Source: Desulfobulbaceae bacterium UBA5121
Lineage (GTDB): Bacteria; Desulfobacterota; Desulfobulbia; Desulfobulbales; UBA5123
DNA length: 64,000 nt
Direction of reading: 5' to 3'
Assembly (NCBI GenBank): GCA_002414225.1
Contig: DHYV01000016.1
Coordinates: 52,649-116,648 of the forward strand
The stretch's first letter is position 1, and the number at the start of each line of letters is the position of its first letter. The notes beneath the pieces are model-generated. The model was not told where the DNA came from. It did not search any database and worked only from the letters and a program-made list of their open reading frames with translations. Positions 29,501 through 40,148 of the stretch are shown one piece after another. Position numbers and translations under genes: made by a program.

Positions 29501-29501
29501 G

Positions 29502-31919
29502 CTAATTTTTTTGGGGGGCCTCCTGCCGTGGCCCCTCGTTCAAGACCCTCCTGACGATCACGGCCAAGTCGCGCCGCGACACCGGTTTCAGGATGTATTC
29601 GCGAATTCCCATGGCCTTTGCCTTTGCCTCGGTGAGCATTTCGCTGAACCCGGTACAGATGATGATCGGCAGCTCGGGCCGCAAGGCCAGGAGTTTTTGC
29701 GACAGCTCGCTGCCGGTCATCTGCGGCATGGTCATATCGGTGATCACCAGATCGAAATCGTCGGGAGCGGCGAGGAAGAGGGTGAGGGCCTCGGGGGATC
29801 TGGTGGTTGCCGTAACCCGGTAGCCGAGATCCGTCAGGACATTGCGTTTGATCTGGACCAGGGTTTCCTCGTCATCGACAACCAGGATGTGCTCGTTGCC
29901 GGTGGGAACCTCTGTCGGGCCGCCTTCGCCGCCTGATCCGCAGTCGTCTTCGGTCACCGGCAGGTAGATCCTGAAAGAGGTGCCGTGGCCCGGCTCACTG
30001 TACACGCTGATGTGGCCGTAGTGGCTTTTGACAATGCCGTGGACCACGGCAAGCCCCATGCCGGTGCCTTCCCCCTTCTTCTTGGTGGTGAAATAGGGAT
30101 CGAAGATCCGTTCCCGGATGACCGGATCGATGCCGGTGCCGGTATCGCTTACCTGCAGGCGCAGGTACGACCCGGCCGTGAGATGGAGGGCCGCGACCTT
30201 TTCGTCCCCGGCGTCGATCTGCACCCGGTCGAGTTCCACCGCCAGCACCCCGCCCTTTTCGCGCATGGCATGGTAGGCATTGGTGCAGAGATTCATCAGA
30301 ACCTGATGGATCTTGGTGGCATCGGCCAGGACCATGCCGCACTGGGTTGGGATGCGTTCCCTGATTTCTATGGTGGTGGGGATGGAGGCCCGCAACAGTT
30401 TGAGTGCCTCCCGGACCACCGGTCCGATTTCCAGAGGCCGCCGGTCGTCGCTGCTCTGGCGGCTGAAGGTGAGGATCTGTTTGACCAGTTCCCTGGCGCG
30501 GTTGCCGGCCTGGAGCACCTCGCCGAGATAGCGGCCGATTTCAGGCTGGTCGGCCAGCTTGACTCTGGCAAGCTCGGTGTAGCCCATGATGGCGGAGAGG
30601 ATGTTGTTGAAGTCGTGGGCAATGCCACCGGCCAGGGTGCCCACCGCTTCCATCTTCTGGGCCTGCTGGAGGAGCAGACTCAGCTTTTGCTTCTCCTGCT
30701 CCATCTGAGCCCGCCGTTCCATGTCTCGACGGAGATTTTCGTTGGCCTGCCGCAGGGCGAGGTTCGCCTCGTCGACTTCCCTGGTTTTCTCCTGGACCTG
30801 CTGGGCCAGGGTCAGCTGGAAGTTATCGGACGCCTCCTTGTGGATGGCCAGCCGTTCCTTGAGGGTGTGGAAGGAAAGCCGGAGGCGTTCCACCTCGTTG
30901 GCCGTTTCCTCGGCCGGCGGGCCGGTGGTGTTGCCGGGGGGCGCGTATTCCTTGCCAAGTGCGCTTATCTGGTCGGTGATCTGCGACAAGGGCGTGATGA
31001 TGATCCGGATCAGCAGCGCTGAGGTGAGAAAGAAGAGAACGATGCCGCCGATGGTGAGCATGACATTATAGCCGACCAGCCGGTCGGCCAGGAAGTAGAT
31101 CGTCTCGTCGGGCTGATAGTAGAGGAGGAGGAAGCTGAGGTCGTTGAACGCGAACCGTCTGTAGATGAAGGTCGCCTGGCGGTTGCCCAGCTTGTCCGCC
31201 AACACCCCCTGTCGTGCCGTCTGTTTGGCTATTCTCGCCAAAACCCGCCGTTCGAGGGGAGCGAAATCGTTCTTGCTGTCGTCGGCCGCCACCAGAACCC
31301 CGTTGTCGTTGGCGCGGGCCAGCAGGATCTTGCCCTGGGGGGGCAGGTACCGCTCCAGGATGGTCTGGACGGGCTGGAAGGAGACCTGGGCGGCGATGAC
31401 GCCGTTTGCCTTGCCACTTTGCCGGTCCTTGATCGGTACGGCAATATCCATGAAGGGCAGCGGGAACCCCGGCACGCGCGTGAAGCCGCCGAAGTAGGGC
31501 CGCATCTCCAGCATGGGGCGTTGGTAGAGGGGGGTCATGAAGTAGTTGTTGAGCTGCTGGTCGTTGCCGGAGGTGGGGAACTTGTGAAGGCGGAGCCATT
31601 CCTTGCCGTTGGCGTTGATGGCCGAAATGCGGAAGAAGGATTCGACGTTGTTGAGGAGTCCCCCCATGGCCATGCGCGTTTCGGTGGGGCGTTGCGGATC
31701 CGGCTGGGTGATGGTGGCGAGCAGGTTGAGCTGGTATTCACCGGCGAGCAGAAAGGAACGGACGTCCTCCTCGGCCTGGGCCAGGCGGTTGGTGGCCTGT
31801 TGCTGATAGAGAGCGTTCAGGTGGCGGGTGAAGAAGCCGGAGAGCAGGACATGGTAGAGGCCGATGATGCCGAGAAAGGTGAGGATGGTGGCGGCGAGTA
31901 TCCTGTGCAACAGCTTCAT
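29502..31919 (-). CDS. Hybrid sensor histidine kinase / response regulator (periplasmic Cache-like sensor, HisKA, HATPase_c, REC)
   Basis: Two TM segments flank a sensor domain of about 250 aa. H-box [24 protein letters not shown]-box [13 protein letters not shown]1 DTGTGI and G2 GTGMGLAVV. The C-terminal REC has ILVVDDEE...[14 protein letters not shown]...KP. Confidence 0.9.
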   Translation of the reverse strand: MKLLHRILAATILTFLGIIGLYHVLLSGFFTRHLNALYQQQATNRLAQAEEDVRSFLLAGEYQLNLLATITQPDPQRPTETRMAMGGLLNNVESFFRISAINANGKEWLRLHKFPTSGNDQQLNNYFMTPLYQRPMLEMRPYFGGFTRVPGFPLPFMDIAVPIKDRQSGKANGVIAAQVSFQPVQTILERYLPPQGKILLARANDNGVLVAADDSKNDFAPLERRVLARIAKQTARQGVLADKLGNRQATFIYRRFAFNDLSFLLLYYQPDETIYFLADRLVGYNVMLTIGGIVLFFLTSALLIRIIITPLSQITDQISALGKEYAPPGNTTGPPAEETANEVERLRLSFHTLKERLAIHKEASDNFQLTLAQQVQEKTREVDEANLALRQANENLRRDMERRAQMEQEKQKLSLLLQQAQKMEAVGTLAGGIAHDFNNILSAIMGYTELARVKLADQPEIGRYLGEVLQAGNRARELVKQILTFSRQSSDDRRPLEIGPVVREALKLLRASIPTTIEIRERIPTQCGMVLADATKIHQVLMNLCTNAYHAMREKGGVLAVELDRVQIDAGDEKVAALHLTAGSYLRLQVSDTGTGIDPVIRERIFDPYFTTKKKGEGTGMGLAVVHGIVKSHYGHISVYSEPGHGTSFRIYLPVTEDDCGSGGEGGPTEVPTGNEHILVVDDEETLVQIKRNVLTDLGYRVTATTRSPEALTLFLAAPDDFDLVITDMTMPQMTGSELSQKLLALRPELPIIICTGFSEMLTEAKAKAMGIREYILKPVSRRDLAVIVRRVLNEGPRQEAPQKN

Positions 31920-31934
31920 GGCGGGCGCTATGGC

Positions 31935-33782
31935 TCAGTAGATGATTTCCGCCTGGGCGGTGATCTCGTCCGGGATCTTGATCTGCAGAACACTCGCGGT
32001 CCGGAGATTGATGGCGTATCTCTCCGGATAGTAGAAAACCGGCAGGGTGGACGCCTTACGCCCCTGCAGGAGCTTGTCGATGTATTCCGCAACCTTGGGG
32101 ATGATCCGTTTTTCGTCGGAGATGAGCCCGCCGAAAAGGCCGCTGCGTACCTGATCCGGCCTTTGGGCAACCACCGGCAGGCGGAGGTCGTTCTGCCACT
32201 TGACGATGGTATCCAGGTCGGCGGCGGTGACGGCCGGCGGAAAGAGCAGGATGAAATCGTTTTCCGACTTGATCCGGCGCATCACCGCCTCGATTTCCGC
32301 GGGGCCTGAAAACTCGTAGAAGTGGATGGCGATGCCGATGGCCGCGGCGGCCCGGCGGTAAATGGCGAGGAGCTGCTTGAGGTTTGACTCACGGCGGGCC
32401 AGCAGGCCGATCCGTTTGCCGGCGCCGGTCATCTGCCAGGCGCCGCGCATGGTGGATTCAACCGAGCCGCGGACCACGCCGGTGAAGTTGTCGCGGCCGG
32501 CGGTGAGTGCCGCGGCCGACTCCTGGGTGGCGATGAAGCAGACAGGTTTCTTGAGGCCGTCCAGGGCGAAGAGTTCCGGGAGAACGTTGCCGCTCGCCAG
32601 GAAGAGATCGCACCTCGCTTCGATGCGGGCGATGATCTGCCGCCGTTGGGGCAGGGGTTCCTTGCCGGTGATTTCGATGGGCTCGAGATGGAGGTTCTTC
32701 CCGACCAGATACCCCCTTGCCGCCAGGGCGGCGGTGAGCCGGTCGAGGATCGGCACCGGGATGGTGGCCGGGATGCCGATGCGGAAGTCGCCGGCCACCA
32801 GCGGCACCTCCGCGCTCCTCCGTGGGGTCTTCTCTTCACTGGCAAGGCCGACAATCTCCGCCTGGTCGATGATTTCCTGGGGGATGGCGATCCCCAGCCG
32901 GCTTACCGTGGCGAGATTGATGAGGTAACGGCGGCTGACGAACTGGACCGGCAGCTTGTCGGGCGAACGGCCGCGGAGGATCTTGGCGGCGTAGTCGGCG
33001 AGTTTCGGGATGAGCAGCTTGTAGTCGATGACCGGGCCGCCCATTGCTCCCTCCTCAACGTGTTGTCGGACCTGGGCGATGACGGGGAGACCGAGTTCGT
33101 TCTGCCAGCGGACCAGATCCTTCATTTCCCCCTTGCGGATCGCCGGCGGGAAGAGGAGGAGAGCCTGCGTGCCCTCTTGCTTGAATTGCCGCATCACCCG
33201 CCCGATCTCCGCGCTGTCGTCATACTCCTTGGCAACGAGTTTCATGCCCAGTTTCCGGGCGGTTTCCTCATAGGCGGCCTGCATGTCCTCAAGACCGGAG
33301 CCGCGGTAGAAGATGAGTCCGAGCCGTTTTCGCCGCTCGGCAGGCAGCAGGGCTGCCGCGCGTTTGAATACCGTGGCAGTGGGGCCCCAGTAGAAGCCGG
33401 TGGCGGAGTTCCGCATGGCGGCCGGTATCTCGTGTTCCGGGTTACGGGTTCCGATGAAGAGGACCGGCGAGGTGACGCCCAAGGCAAAGACCGTGGTGAG
33501 GTAGTTGCCGGTGGCGAAGAAGAGATCGCATTTTGCCGCGATTTCTCGGCGGATTCGCCCCCTGCCGGGCTCGGTGTCGGCGTCGCGCAGGTCAACGGGC
33601 ACCACGGTGAGTGTTTCGTCCTGGGTGAGCACCGAAGTCCTGAGGAAGGTGATCAGCTGATCGACGGTGGGGGTCACATAGCCGGCCGGCACGCCGAAAC
33701 GATATTCCGCTGCCTGGGCGGGGGTGGCAAGGGGGACGGCGGTGGCGAGGAGGAGGGAGAGGAGAAGGAGAATACGTATCAT
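31935..33782 (-). CDS. Periplasmic protein made of two tandem ABC-type substrate-binding (ABC_sub_bind/PF04392-like) modules
   Basis: Signal peptide MIRILLLLSLLLATAVPLATPAQA. There are two homologous halves of about 295 aa (EYRFGVP...CDLFFATGN...LLLFPPA...WQNELGLPVIAQ...YLINLATVSRLGIAIPQEIIDQAEIV versus DFRIGIP...CDLFLASGN...ILLFPPA...WQNDLRLPVVAQ...YAINLRTASVLQIKIPDEITAQAEII). Confidence 0.7.
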   Translation of the reverse strand: MIRILLLLSLLLATAVPLATPAQAAEYRFGVPAGYVTPTVDQLITFLRTSVLTQDETLTVVPVDLRDADTEPGRGRIRREIAAKCDLFFATGNYLTTVFALGVTSPVLFIGTRNPEHEIPAAMRNSATGFYWGPTATVFKRAAALLPAERRKRLGLIFYRGSGLEDMQAAYEETARKLGMKLVAKEYDDSAEIGRVMRQFKQEGTQALLLFPPAIRKGEMKDLVRWQNELGLPVIAQVRQHVEEGAMGGPVIDYKLLIPKLADYAAKILRGRSPDKLPVQFVSRRYLINLATVSRLGIAIPQEIIDQAEIVGLASEEKTPRRSAEVPLVAGDFRIGIPATIPVPILDRLTAALAARGYLVGKNLHLEPIEITGKEPLPQRRQIIARIEARCDLFLASGNVLPELFALDGLKKPVCFIATQESAAALTAGRDNFTGVVRGSVESTMRGAWQMTGAGKRIGLLARRESNLKQLLAIYRRAAAAIGIAIHFYEFSGPAEIEAVMRRIKSENDFILLFPPAVTAADLDTIVKWQNDLRLPVVAQRPDQVRSGLFGGLISDEKRIIPKVAEYIDKLLQGRKASTLPVFYYPERYAINLRTASVLQIKIPDEITAQAEIIY

Positions 33783-34007
33783 CAGAGGTGTTGAGGTGGT
33801 ATCTGGGGGTTGAGGTTGGCCGCCCCAGACCTTGCGGCGGGCGGCCTGCCGTGGCAAGGCAGCGTTTTGTCGGATCCTGGCGGCACTCCCTGATTTTCGG
33901 TGGAACGGCCCTGTTGGTCAAGGAATAAAAGAACAACGACCGCCTCGGACGGGGAGGTGATCATCAGCGCCGCCCTCCTCGGGTGACGAAAAAGATTGCT
34001 TGGGGCT

Positions 34008-34037
34008 TACATTTAAGTGATAAAAAGGGATAGTATG
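34008..34037 (+). promoter_or_regulatory. Weak candidate sigma70-type promoter upstream of the nap operon
   Basis: TTACAT (34008-34013), an 18-nt spacer, then TAGTAT (34032-34037), in the only AT-rich patch of the 0.5-kb nap upstream region. Confidence 0.3.
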
Positions 34038-34331
34038 TGCTAGGTAGTCGCGCAGCCATGTCCAATGTGGCGAAACTCCGACCTAAATCGATTCCGTGAG
34101 CAAGATCGGCGGCAGGCGTTACCGTTTGGTAGCACTTGCCGGTCACCCGGTCACCGTCCGGTAACACTGGGATCAGCGGGGTGCCCGGCCGACGCGGTAC
34201 GGCGGGATTTTGTCGGATGGCACGTTCCTTGCTCTCGGCAGAGGATGGACGGTTCGCCCGAGGTGGCACACGAGAAACAGCGTAATGGCAAGCGGCACGC
34301 GGCCGTCAACATCAACAATATGGAGAATCAG

Positions 34332-34580
34332 ATGAACATTGCCGGAGTGGTGGTCCACGCGCGGCCCGGAGCGGCCGAGGCGGTGGCGCAGCGGATGACC
34401 GGGATTGCCGGGGTCGAGGTGCATGCCCGAACCGCCGACCACCGGTTGATCGTCACCGTGGAAGAGGCAGGCGGCGGCCTGGTCGCCGACACCCTCGTGG
34501 AGCTGGACCGGCTCGACGGGGTGCTTTCGGTCGCCATGGTCTATCAACACTGTGAGTCCCTCGCGGAAGAGAGCCAATGA
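34332..34580 (+). CDS. napD: NapD, Tat-signal-binding chaperone for NapA
   Basis: MNIAGVVVHARPGAAEAVAQRMTGIAGVEVHA...LIVTVE...LDRLDGVLSVAMVY is the typical NapD ferredoxin-like fold pattern. A GGAGA Shine-Dalgarno lies 5 nt upstream. An alternative ATG at 34320 lacks a Shine-Dalgarno sequence. Confidence 0.85.
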   Translation: MNIAGVVVHARPGAAEAVAQRMTGIAGVEVHARTADHRLIVTVEEAGGGLVADTLVELDRLDGVLSVAMVYQHCESLAEESQ

Positions 34581-34674
34581 CGGCCGCCGGGGTGGTTCTT
34601 CCCTGTCGGCTTCTGCCTCGAACGAAATGGCGGAAAGTTTGCGCGGCATGAAAATTCCTTAAGGAGGAGAGGAT

Positions 34675-37182
34675 ATGAAACTGACCAGGCGTACCTTCAT
34701 CAAGAACAATGCCATTGCCGCCACTGCCATGGCGGCCGGGGTGACCCTGCCGGAGTTCGCCGCCGCGGCCGAGGCCGATGCCACCATCCGCTGGGACAAG
34801 GCACCCTGCCGGTTCTGCGGCACCGGCTGCAGCGTGCTGGTCGGCACCAAGGACGGCCGGGTGGTGGCCACCCAGGGCGACCCCGACGCGCCGGTCAACA
34901 AGGGGCTGAACTGCATCAAGGGGTACTTCCTCTCCAAGATCATGTACGGCAAGGATCGCCTCACCCGGCCCATGTTGCGGATGACCAACGGCAGGTTCGA
35001 CAAGAACGGCCAGTTCACCCCTATCTCCTGGGATCAGGCATTTGACATCATGGCCGAGAAGTGGAAGGCGTCGCTCAAAAAGAAGGGCCCCACCGCGGTG
35101 GGCATGTTCGGTTCCGGCCAGTGGACGGTTTGGGAGGGCTATGCCGCGGCCAAGCTCGTGAAGGCAGGCTTCCGGTCCAATAACATCGATCCCAACGCCC
35201 GCCACTGCATGGCCTCGGCCGTGGCCGGCTTTATCCGCACCTTTGGCTCCGACGAGCCCATGGGCTGTTACGACGACCTGGAACACGCCGACGCCTTTGT
35301 TCTCTGGGGCTCCAACATGTCCGAGATGCATCCCATCCTCTGGTCGCGGCTCACCGACCGGCGGCTCACCACCCCCCACGTCCGGGTGGCGGTACTCTCT
35401 ACATTCGAGAACCGAGGTTTCGAACTCGCCGACCTCGGGATCGTCATGAAGCCGCAGTCGGACCTGGCGATATTGAACTACATCGCCAACTACATCATTC
35501 AGCACAACCTTGTGAACCGCGACTTCGTAGGCAAGCACGTTAATTTCAAGCTGGGCAACCCCGATATCGGCTACGGCCTCCGCCCCGACGACCCACGTGA
35601 GAAAAGGGCCGCCAACGCCGACAAGGCCGGCGGTTCGAAGCCCATGACCTTTGAAGAGTACAAGGCATTTGTCGCCGAGTACACCGTCGACAAGGCGCAT
35701 GCCCTCTCCGGTGTGCCCAAGGCGCAGCTCGAGGCCCTGGCCAAGATCTACGCCGATCCCAAGACCAAGGTGGTTTCCTACTGGACCATGGGCTTTAATC
35801 AGCACACCCGGGGCACCTGGGCCAATAATCTCGTTTACAACATCCACCTGCTCACCGGCAAGATCTCCGAGCCCGGTAACGGTCCCTTCTCGCTTACCGG
35901 ACAGCCATCGGCCTGCGGCACGGCCCGCGAGGTTGGCACCTTCGCCCACCGGCTGCCCGCGGATCTGGTGGTGATGAACGCCGATCACCGGGCCTTTGCC
36001 GAGAAGATCTGGAAGCTGCCCGACGGCACCCTGCCCGACAAACCCGGCTTCCATGCCGTTCTCATGCAGCGTATGCTCCGTGACCGGGTGATGAACTGCT
36101 ACTGGCAGCTGTGCAACAACAACATGCAGGCCGGCCCCAACATCAACACCGAGATCTATCCGGGCTGGCGCGATCCTGAAAACTTCATCGTGGTTTCCGA
36201 CCCCTATCCCACGGTGTCGGCCATGGCCGCCGACCTCATCCTGCCCACCTCCATGTGGGTGGAAAAGGAGGGGGCGTACGGCAACGCCGAGCGGCGCACC
36301 CAGTTCTGGCGCCAGCAGGTCAAGGCACCGGGTGAGTCCCGTTCCGACCTCTGGCAGGTGGTGGAGTTCGCCAAGCGTTTCAAGGTTGAAGAGGTATGGC
36401 CGGCGGATTTGATCGCCAAAGTGCCCCAGTACCGCGGCAAAACCCTCTACGACGTGCTCTTTGCCAACGGCCAGGTCAACAGATTCCCCAAGCAGCAGGT
36501 CAAGGATCTGGCCGGCAATGTTTACGGCAACGACGAGATGGAACACTTCGGTTACTACCTTCAGAAGGGGATCTACGAGGAGTACCGCCTCTTTGGCCTG
36601 AAGGGGCCCAAGAAGGGCCACGAGCTGGGCGAGTTCGATCAGTACCATGCGGCCAGGGGGCTGCGTTGGCCGGTGATCGGCGGCAAGGAAACCCTGTGGC
36701 GCTACCGCGAGGGCTATGACCCCCATGTGGAGAAGGGGGCCGGTATCCTGTTTTACGGCCAGAAGGACGGCAGGGCCAATATCTTCGCCCTGCCCTATGA
36801 GCCGCCGGCCGAGGTGCCGGACGGCGAGTACGACCTCTGGCTCTGCACCGGCCGGGTGCTCGAGCACTGGCACACTGGCACCATGACCCAGCGGGTGCCG
36901 GAACTCTATCGGGCGGTGCCCAACGCCGTGGTCTTCATGCACCCCGACGATGCCGAGGCCCGGGGGCTCAGGCGCGGCATGGCCGCCAAGCTCATCACCC
37001 GCCGGGGCGAGATCGTCGCCAGCGTCGAGACTCGTGGCCGCAACCGGCCGCCCCGGGGGCTCGTCTTCATCCCCTTCTTCGACGCCCGGCGGCTGGCCAA
37101 CAAGCTGACCTTGGACGCCACCTGTCCCATCTCCAAGGAGACGGATTTCAAGAAGTGCGCGGTCAAGGTGACCAGGGCGTAA
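34675..37182 (+). CDS. napA: Periplasmic nitrate reductase catalytic subunit NapA (Mo-bisMGD, 4Fe-4S)
   Basis: Twin-arginine signal [22 protein letters not shown], FeS motif [20 protein letters not shown], and full-length collinearity with NapA (835 aa). A strong AAGGAGGAGAGG Shine-Dalgarno is present. Confidence 0.95.
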   Translation: MKLTRRTFIKNNAIAATAMAAGVTLPEFAAAAEADATIRWDKAPCRFCGTGCSVLVGTKDGRVVATQGDPDAPVNKGLNCIKGYFLSKIMYGKDRLTRPMLRMTNGRFDKNGQFTPISWDQAFDIMAEKWKASLKKKGPTAVGMFGSGQWTVWEGYAAAKLVKAGFRSNNIDPNARHCMASAVAGFIRTFGSDEPMGCYDDLEHADAFVLWGSNMSEMHPILWSRLTDRRLTTPHVRVAVLSTFENRGFELADLGIVMKPQSDLAILNYIANYIIQHNLVNRDFVGKHVNFKLGNPDIGYGLRPDDPREKRAANADKAGGSKPMTFEEYKAFVAEYTVDKAHALSGVPKAQLEALAKIYADPKTKVVSYWTMGFNQHTRGTWANNLVYNIHLLTGKISEPGNGPFSLTGQPSACGTAREVGTFAHRLPADLVVMNADHRAFAEKIWKLPDGTLPDKPGFHAVLMQRMLRDRVMNCYWQLCNNNMQAGPNINTEIYPGWRDPENFIVVSDPYPTVSAMAADLILPTSMWVEKEGAYGNAERRTQFWRQQVKAPGESRSDLWQVVEFAKRFKVEEVWPADLIAKVPQYRGKTLYDVLFANGQVNRFPKQQVKDLAGNVYGNDEMEHFGYYLQKGIYEEYRLFGLKGPKKGHELGEFDQYHAARGLRWPVIGGKETLWRYREGYDPHVEKGAGILFYGQKDGRANIFALPYEPPAEVPDGEYDLWLCTGRVLEHWHTGTMTQRVPELYRAVPNAVVFMHPDDAEARGLRRGMAAKLITRRGEIVASVETRGRNRPPRGLVFIPFFDARRLANKLTLDATCPISKETDFKKCAVKVTRA

Positions 37183-37246
37183 ACAAGGCAGGGACCGGGT
37201 AGGGGGGACAAGGATCCGGAATTCGGAAAACAGTTTAAGGATCGGG

Positions 37247-38041
37247 ATGGCCATGGTCGAGCGGCAGGAAAAGAGAGAACAGGGGCGTGACCGGCGGCGT
37301 TTTCTGCTGGATGCGGCCCGCACTGCCTGCGGGGTGGCGCTTTTTGGCGTCGGGCTCGGTCTTTACGGGCACCGAGCGGCCGAGGCAAACCCGCCGCATG
37401 CCCTGCGGCCGCCCGGTGCGCTGCCGGAACGTCGTTTCTTGGCCGCCTGTCTGCGCTGCGGCCAGTGTGTCCGCGCCTGCCCCTACCATACCCTGCGGCT
37501 GGCCCGGCCCGAGGAACCGGTTGCCACCGGCACGCCCTACTTCGTGGCCCGTGAAATCCCCTGTGAACTCTGCGAGAACCGTCCCTGCATCCGGTCCTGC
37601 CCATCCGGCGCCCTGGCCCCGACGCTTACCGACATCTACCAGGCCCGCATGGGGTTGGCGGTGCTCATCGATCACGAAACCTGTCTGAACTTTCTTGGGC
37701 TTCGCTGTGACGTCTGTTACCGGTCCTGTCCGCTTCTTGACCGGGCCATCACCCTGGATGCGGAGCACAACCGCCGGAGCGGCAAGCACACGCTTTTTCT
37801 GCCGGTGGTCCACTCCAAGTACTGCACCGGCTGCGGCAAGTGCGAGAAGGCGTGCGTGCTCGACCGAGCGGCGATCAAGGTGGTGCCGAGGGGGCTTGCA
37901 AAAGGCGAGCTGGGCCATCACTATCGGCTGGGCTGGGAAGAAAAGGCCAAGGCGGGCCACAGCCTGATCCCCGAGCAGCTCGACCTGCCCGATCGGCTGC
38001 CCGATCTCCTGCCGTCAAGCCTTGCGGAGGGCAAGCCATGA
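37247..38041 (+). CDS. napG: NapG, periplasmic 4x[4Fe-4S] ferredoxin-type subunit
   Basis: Tat signal [12 protein letters not shown]. Cys clusters: [43 protein letters not shown] and [12 protein letters not shown]. Confidence 0.85.
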   Translation: MAMVERQEKREQGRDRRRFLLDAARTACGVALFGVGLGLYGHRAAEANPPHALRPPGALPERRFLAACLRCGQCVRACPYHTLRLARPEEPVATGTPYFVAREIPCELCENRPCIRSCPSGALAPTLTDIYQARMGLAVLIDHETCLNFLGLRCDVCYRSCPLLDRAITLDAEHNRRSGKHTLFLPVVHSKYCTGCGKCEKACVLDRAAIKVVPRGLAKGELGHHYRLGWEEKAKAGHSLIPEQLDLPDRLPDLLPSSLAEGKP

Positions 38042-38943
38042 GTCGTGCCATCTCATCGGCAGAGCAGGTGGCGGCCCGCCGGGGCTGGCTAGGCAGGCAT
38101 GGCTGGCTGCTGTGGCGGCGAATTACCCAATTGGCCGTGCTGGCCTGTTTTCTGGCCGGTCCATGGGCCGGGGTGTGGTTGCTGCGCGGCGACATGGCCG
38201 CGAGCCGGCTGCTCGATGCCGTGCCGCTCACTGACCCGCTCGTCATCCTGCAGAGCCTGGCCGCAGGGCACCTGCCTGGGACCACCGCCCTCGTCGGGGT
38301 GGTCATTGTCAGCGGCTTTTACCTGCTGGTGGGCGGCCGGAGCTACTGCGCCTGGGTCTGCCCGGTGAACATGGTCACCGACCTTGCCGCCTGGATCCGG
38401 CGCCGGCTGGGAATCGAGGACGGGGCGCGGCTGGCACGGGCGTGCCGCTACTGGCTGCTTGCCCTGGTGTTGGGCCTGGCCGCCGCGACCCATACCGTGA
38501 TCTGGGAGTTGGTTAATCCGGTGACCATGGTGAGCCGGGGGCTGCTCTTCGGCATGGGGGCTGGCTGGTGGCTTGTCGTCGCGGTTTTCTGCCTTGATTT
38601 GCTGGTGGCGGGCCGCGGCTGGTGCGGGCATCTCTGCCCGGTGGGCGGCTGTTTCAGCGTTCTCGGACTGGCAAGTCCGCTGCGGGTCCGGGCTGCTGGG
38701 CGCCACCGCTGCACCAACTGTCAGGCATGTTTCACCGTCTGCCCCGAGCCCCAGGTGATCGGTCCGGCCCTGCGGGGTGCATCCGCGGGCCGGTCGCCGG
38801 TGATCACCTCGCCTAACTGCACCAACTGCGGCCGCTGCATCGATGTCTGTCCGGAGCGAGTCTTTGCCTTCGGCAGCCGCTTTGCCGCACCACAACCTGA
38901 AACGGAGAGCAATAGCATCCGCATGGAGGAGTTGAGGAGATGA
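38038..38943 (+). CDS. napH: NapH, membrane quinol dehydrogenase FeS subunit
   Basis: The start overlaps the napG stop (ATGA). Four TM helices with CAWVCP and CGHLCP motifs, plus C-terminal [12 protein letters not shown] and [12 protein letters not shown] clusters. Confidence 0.85.
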   Translation: MSRAISSAEQVAARRGWLGRHGWLLWRRITQLAVLACFLAGPWAGVWLLRGDMAASRLLDAVPLTDPLVILQSLAAGHLPGTTALVGVVIVSGFYLLVGGRSYCAWVCPVNMVTDLAAWIRRRLGIEDGARLARACRYWLLALVLGLAAATHTVIWELVNPVTMVSRGLLFGMGAGWWLVVAVFCLDLLVAGRGWCGHLCPVGGCFSVLGLASPLRVRAAGRHRCTNCQACFTVCPEPQVIGPALRGASAGRSPVITSPNCTNCGRCIDVCPERVFAFGSRFAAPQPETESNSIRMEELRR

Positions 38944-39389
38944 AAAAAAATATCTGTCTAGGTATTGCCCTGGTTGCCGGCTGCCTCGTCCTTGCCCCGC
39001 AGAGTGCGGTTGCCGACGAGGTTAAATCCCTGCGCGGCAACATCGACATCGAGGCGCCGTCGCTGCCACCCGAGGTTGAGGAGCTGATCCCCGACCAGAA
39101 GCCGATCAAACGCGACTATGTCAAACAACCGCCGCTGATCCCGCACAAGATCGATGGCTACACCATGAACGCCCACTACAACAAGTGCCTCAGTTGCCAC
39201 AGTTGGGCCAACTACAAGCTGGCCGGCGCCACCAAGATCAGCCCTTCGCACTTTGTAGACCGGAACGGGAATGAATTGGCCAACCTTGCCCCCCGGCGCT
39301 ACTTCTGTACCCAGTGCCACGTGGTGCAGACCGACGCTGTTCCGTTGGTGGAGAACACCTTTAAGCCGGTGCCGGCCCTTCAGAAGTGA
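38940..39389 (+). CDS. napB: NapB, diheme cytochrome c subunit
   Basis: Signal peptide with a lipobox-like GC, two heme c sites (CLSCH and CTQCH), and the PPLIPHKIDGY motif typical of NapB. Confidence 0.9.
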   Translation: MKKNICLGIALVAGCLVLAPQSAVADEVKSLRGNIDIEAPSLPPEVEELIPDQKPIKRDYVKQPPLIPHKIDGYTMNAHYNKCLSCHSWANYKLAGATKISPSHFVDRNGNELANLAPRRYFCTQCHVVQTDAVPLVENTFKPVPALQK

Positions 39390-39472
39390 GCTGGCCCGCG
39401 ACCGGAGGTCGGTGCAGGGGACAACGGTGAAAGGATGACGATCCCTTCCACAATAAACGCAGGAGTTTGACT

Positions 39473-40078
39473 ATGAGTGACAACAGCAAAGGGTGGTGGG
39501 ACAGACTGCGGCGTCCGAGTACCCGCTTTTCGGTGCTCGGCTTGTTGGGGATCGGTTTTGTCGGCGGCCTCGTGGCCCTGAGCGGTTTCCTGGGCGAGTT
39601 GCATGCCACGGCAACCGAGTCGTTCTGTATATCTTGCCACGAGATGCGTGACAACGTTTACATGGAATACAAGAATACCCCCCACTTCAGCAGCAAAAGC
39701 GGCGTGCGGGCTACCTGTCCGGACTGTCACCTGGCCCGGGCTTTCGTACCCAAGGTGGCGCGTAAGGCGGCGGCGGTGCGTGAGGTGATCCACAAGGTCA
39801 AGGGTACCATCGCCACCCGCGAGAAATTTGGCAACCACCGGCTCGAGATGGCGCAGCGGGTCTGGGCCGAGATGAAGGCCAACGATTCCCGTGAATGCCG
39901 GTCCTGCCATGATGCCAAGGCCATGGACTATGCCAAGCAGTCGCGCCGGGCTCGGCTGCAGCACATCCGTGGTGACGACCAGGGCCTTACCTGTATTGAC
40001 TGTCATAAGGGTATTGCCCATCAGCTGCCCGACATGCAGCAGATCGATCCGTCGGCGGTTATCGGCGCGCAGCAGTAA
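39473..40078 (+). CDS. napC: NapC/NirT-family membrane tetraheme cytochrome c quinol dehydrogenase
   Basis: N-terminal TM anchor and four CxxCH sites (CISCH, CPDCH, CRSCH, CIDCH). AGGAG lies 7 nt upstream of the ATG. The track ORF begins at TTG 39467. Confidence 0.9.
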   Translation: MSDNSKGWWDRLRRPSTRFSVLGLLGIGFVGGLVALSGFLGELHATATESFCISCHEMRDNVYMEYKNTPHFSSKSGVRATCPDCHLARAFVPKVARKAAAVREVIHKVKGTIATREKFGNHRLEMAQRVWAEMKANDSRECRSCHDAKAMDYAKQSRRARLQHIRGDDQGLTCIDCHKGIAHQLPDMQQIDPSAVIGAQQ

Positions 40079-40111
40079 TCGATACCGCGCTGTCATCTTC
40101 CTCTCCTCCGG

Positions 40112-40148
40112 GGCGGGGGGCCTCCAGGCCCCCCGCCTTCTTTTTTTT
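40112..40148 (+). terminator. Rho-independent terminator of the nap operon
   Basis: Perfect 11-bp GC stem GGCGGGGGGCC / GGCCCCCCGCC (40112-40122 / 40127-40137) with loop TCCA, followed by TTCTTTTTTTT. Confidence 0.8.

Noticed and set aside
34453-37323. 956-aa ORF on the minus strand covering the whole napA region.
   Set aside because: It is antisense to an unambiguous NapA (Tat signal, FeS motif, full-length collinearity). Its translation is Gly/Arg/Pro/His/Val-rich with no domains. This is the classic stop-codon-poor antisense frame of high-GC DNA.
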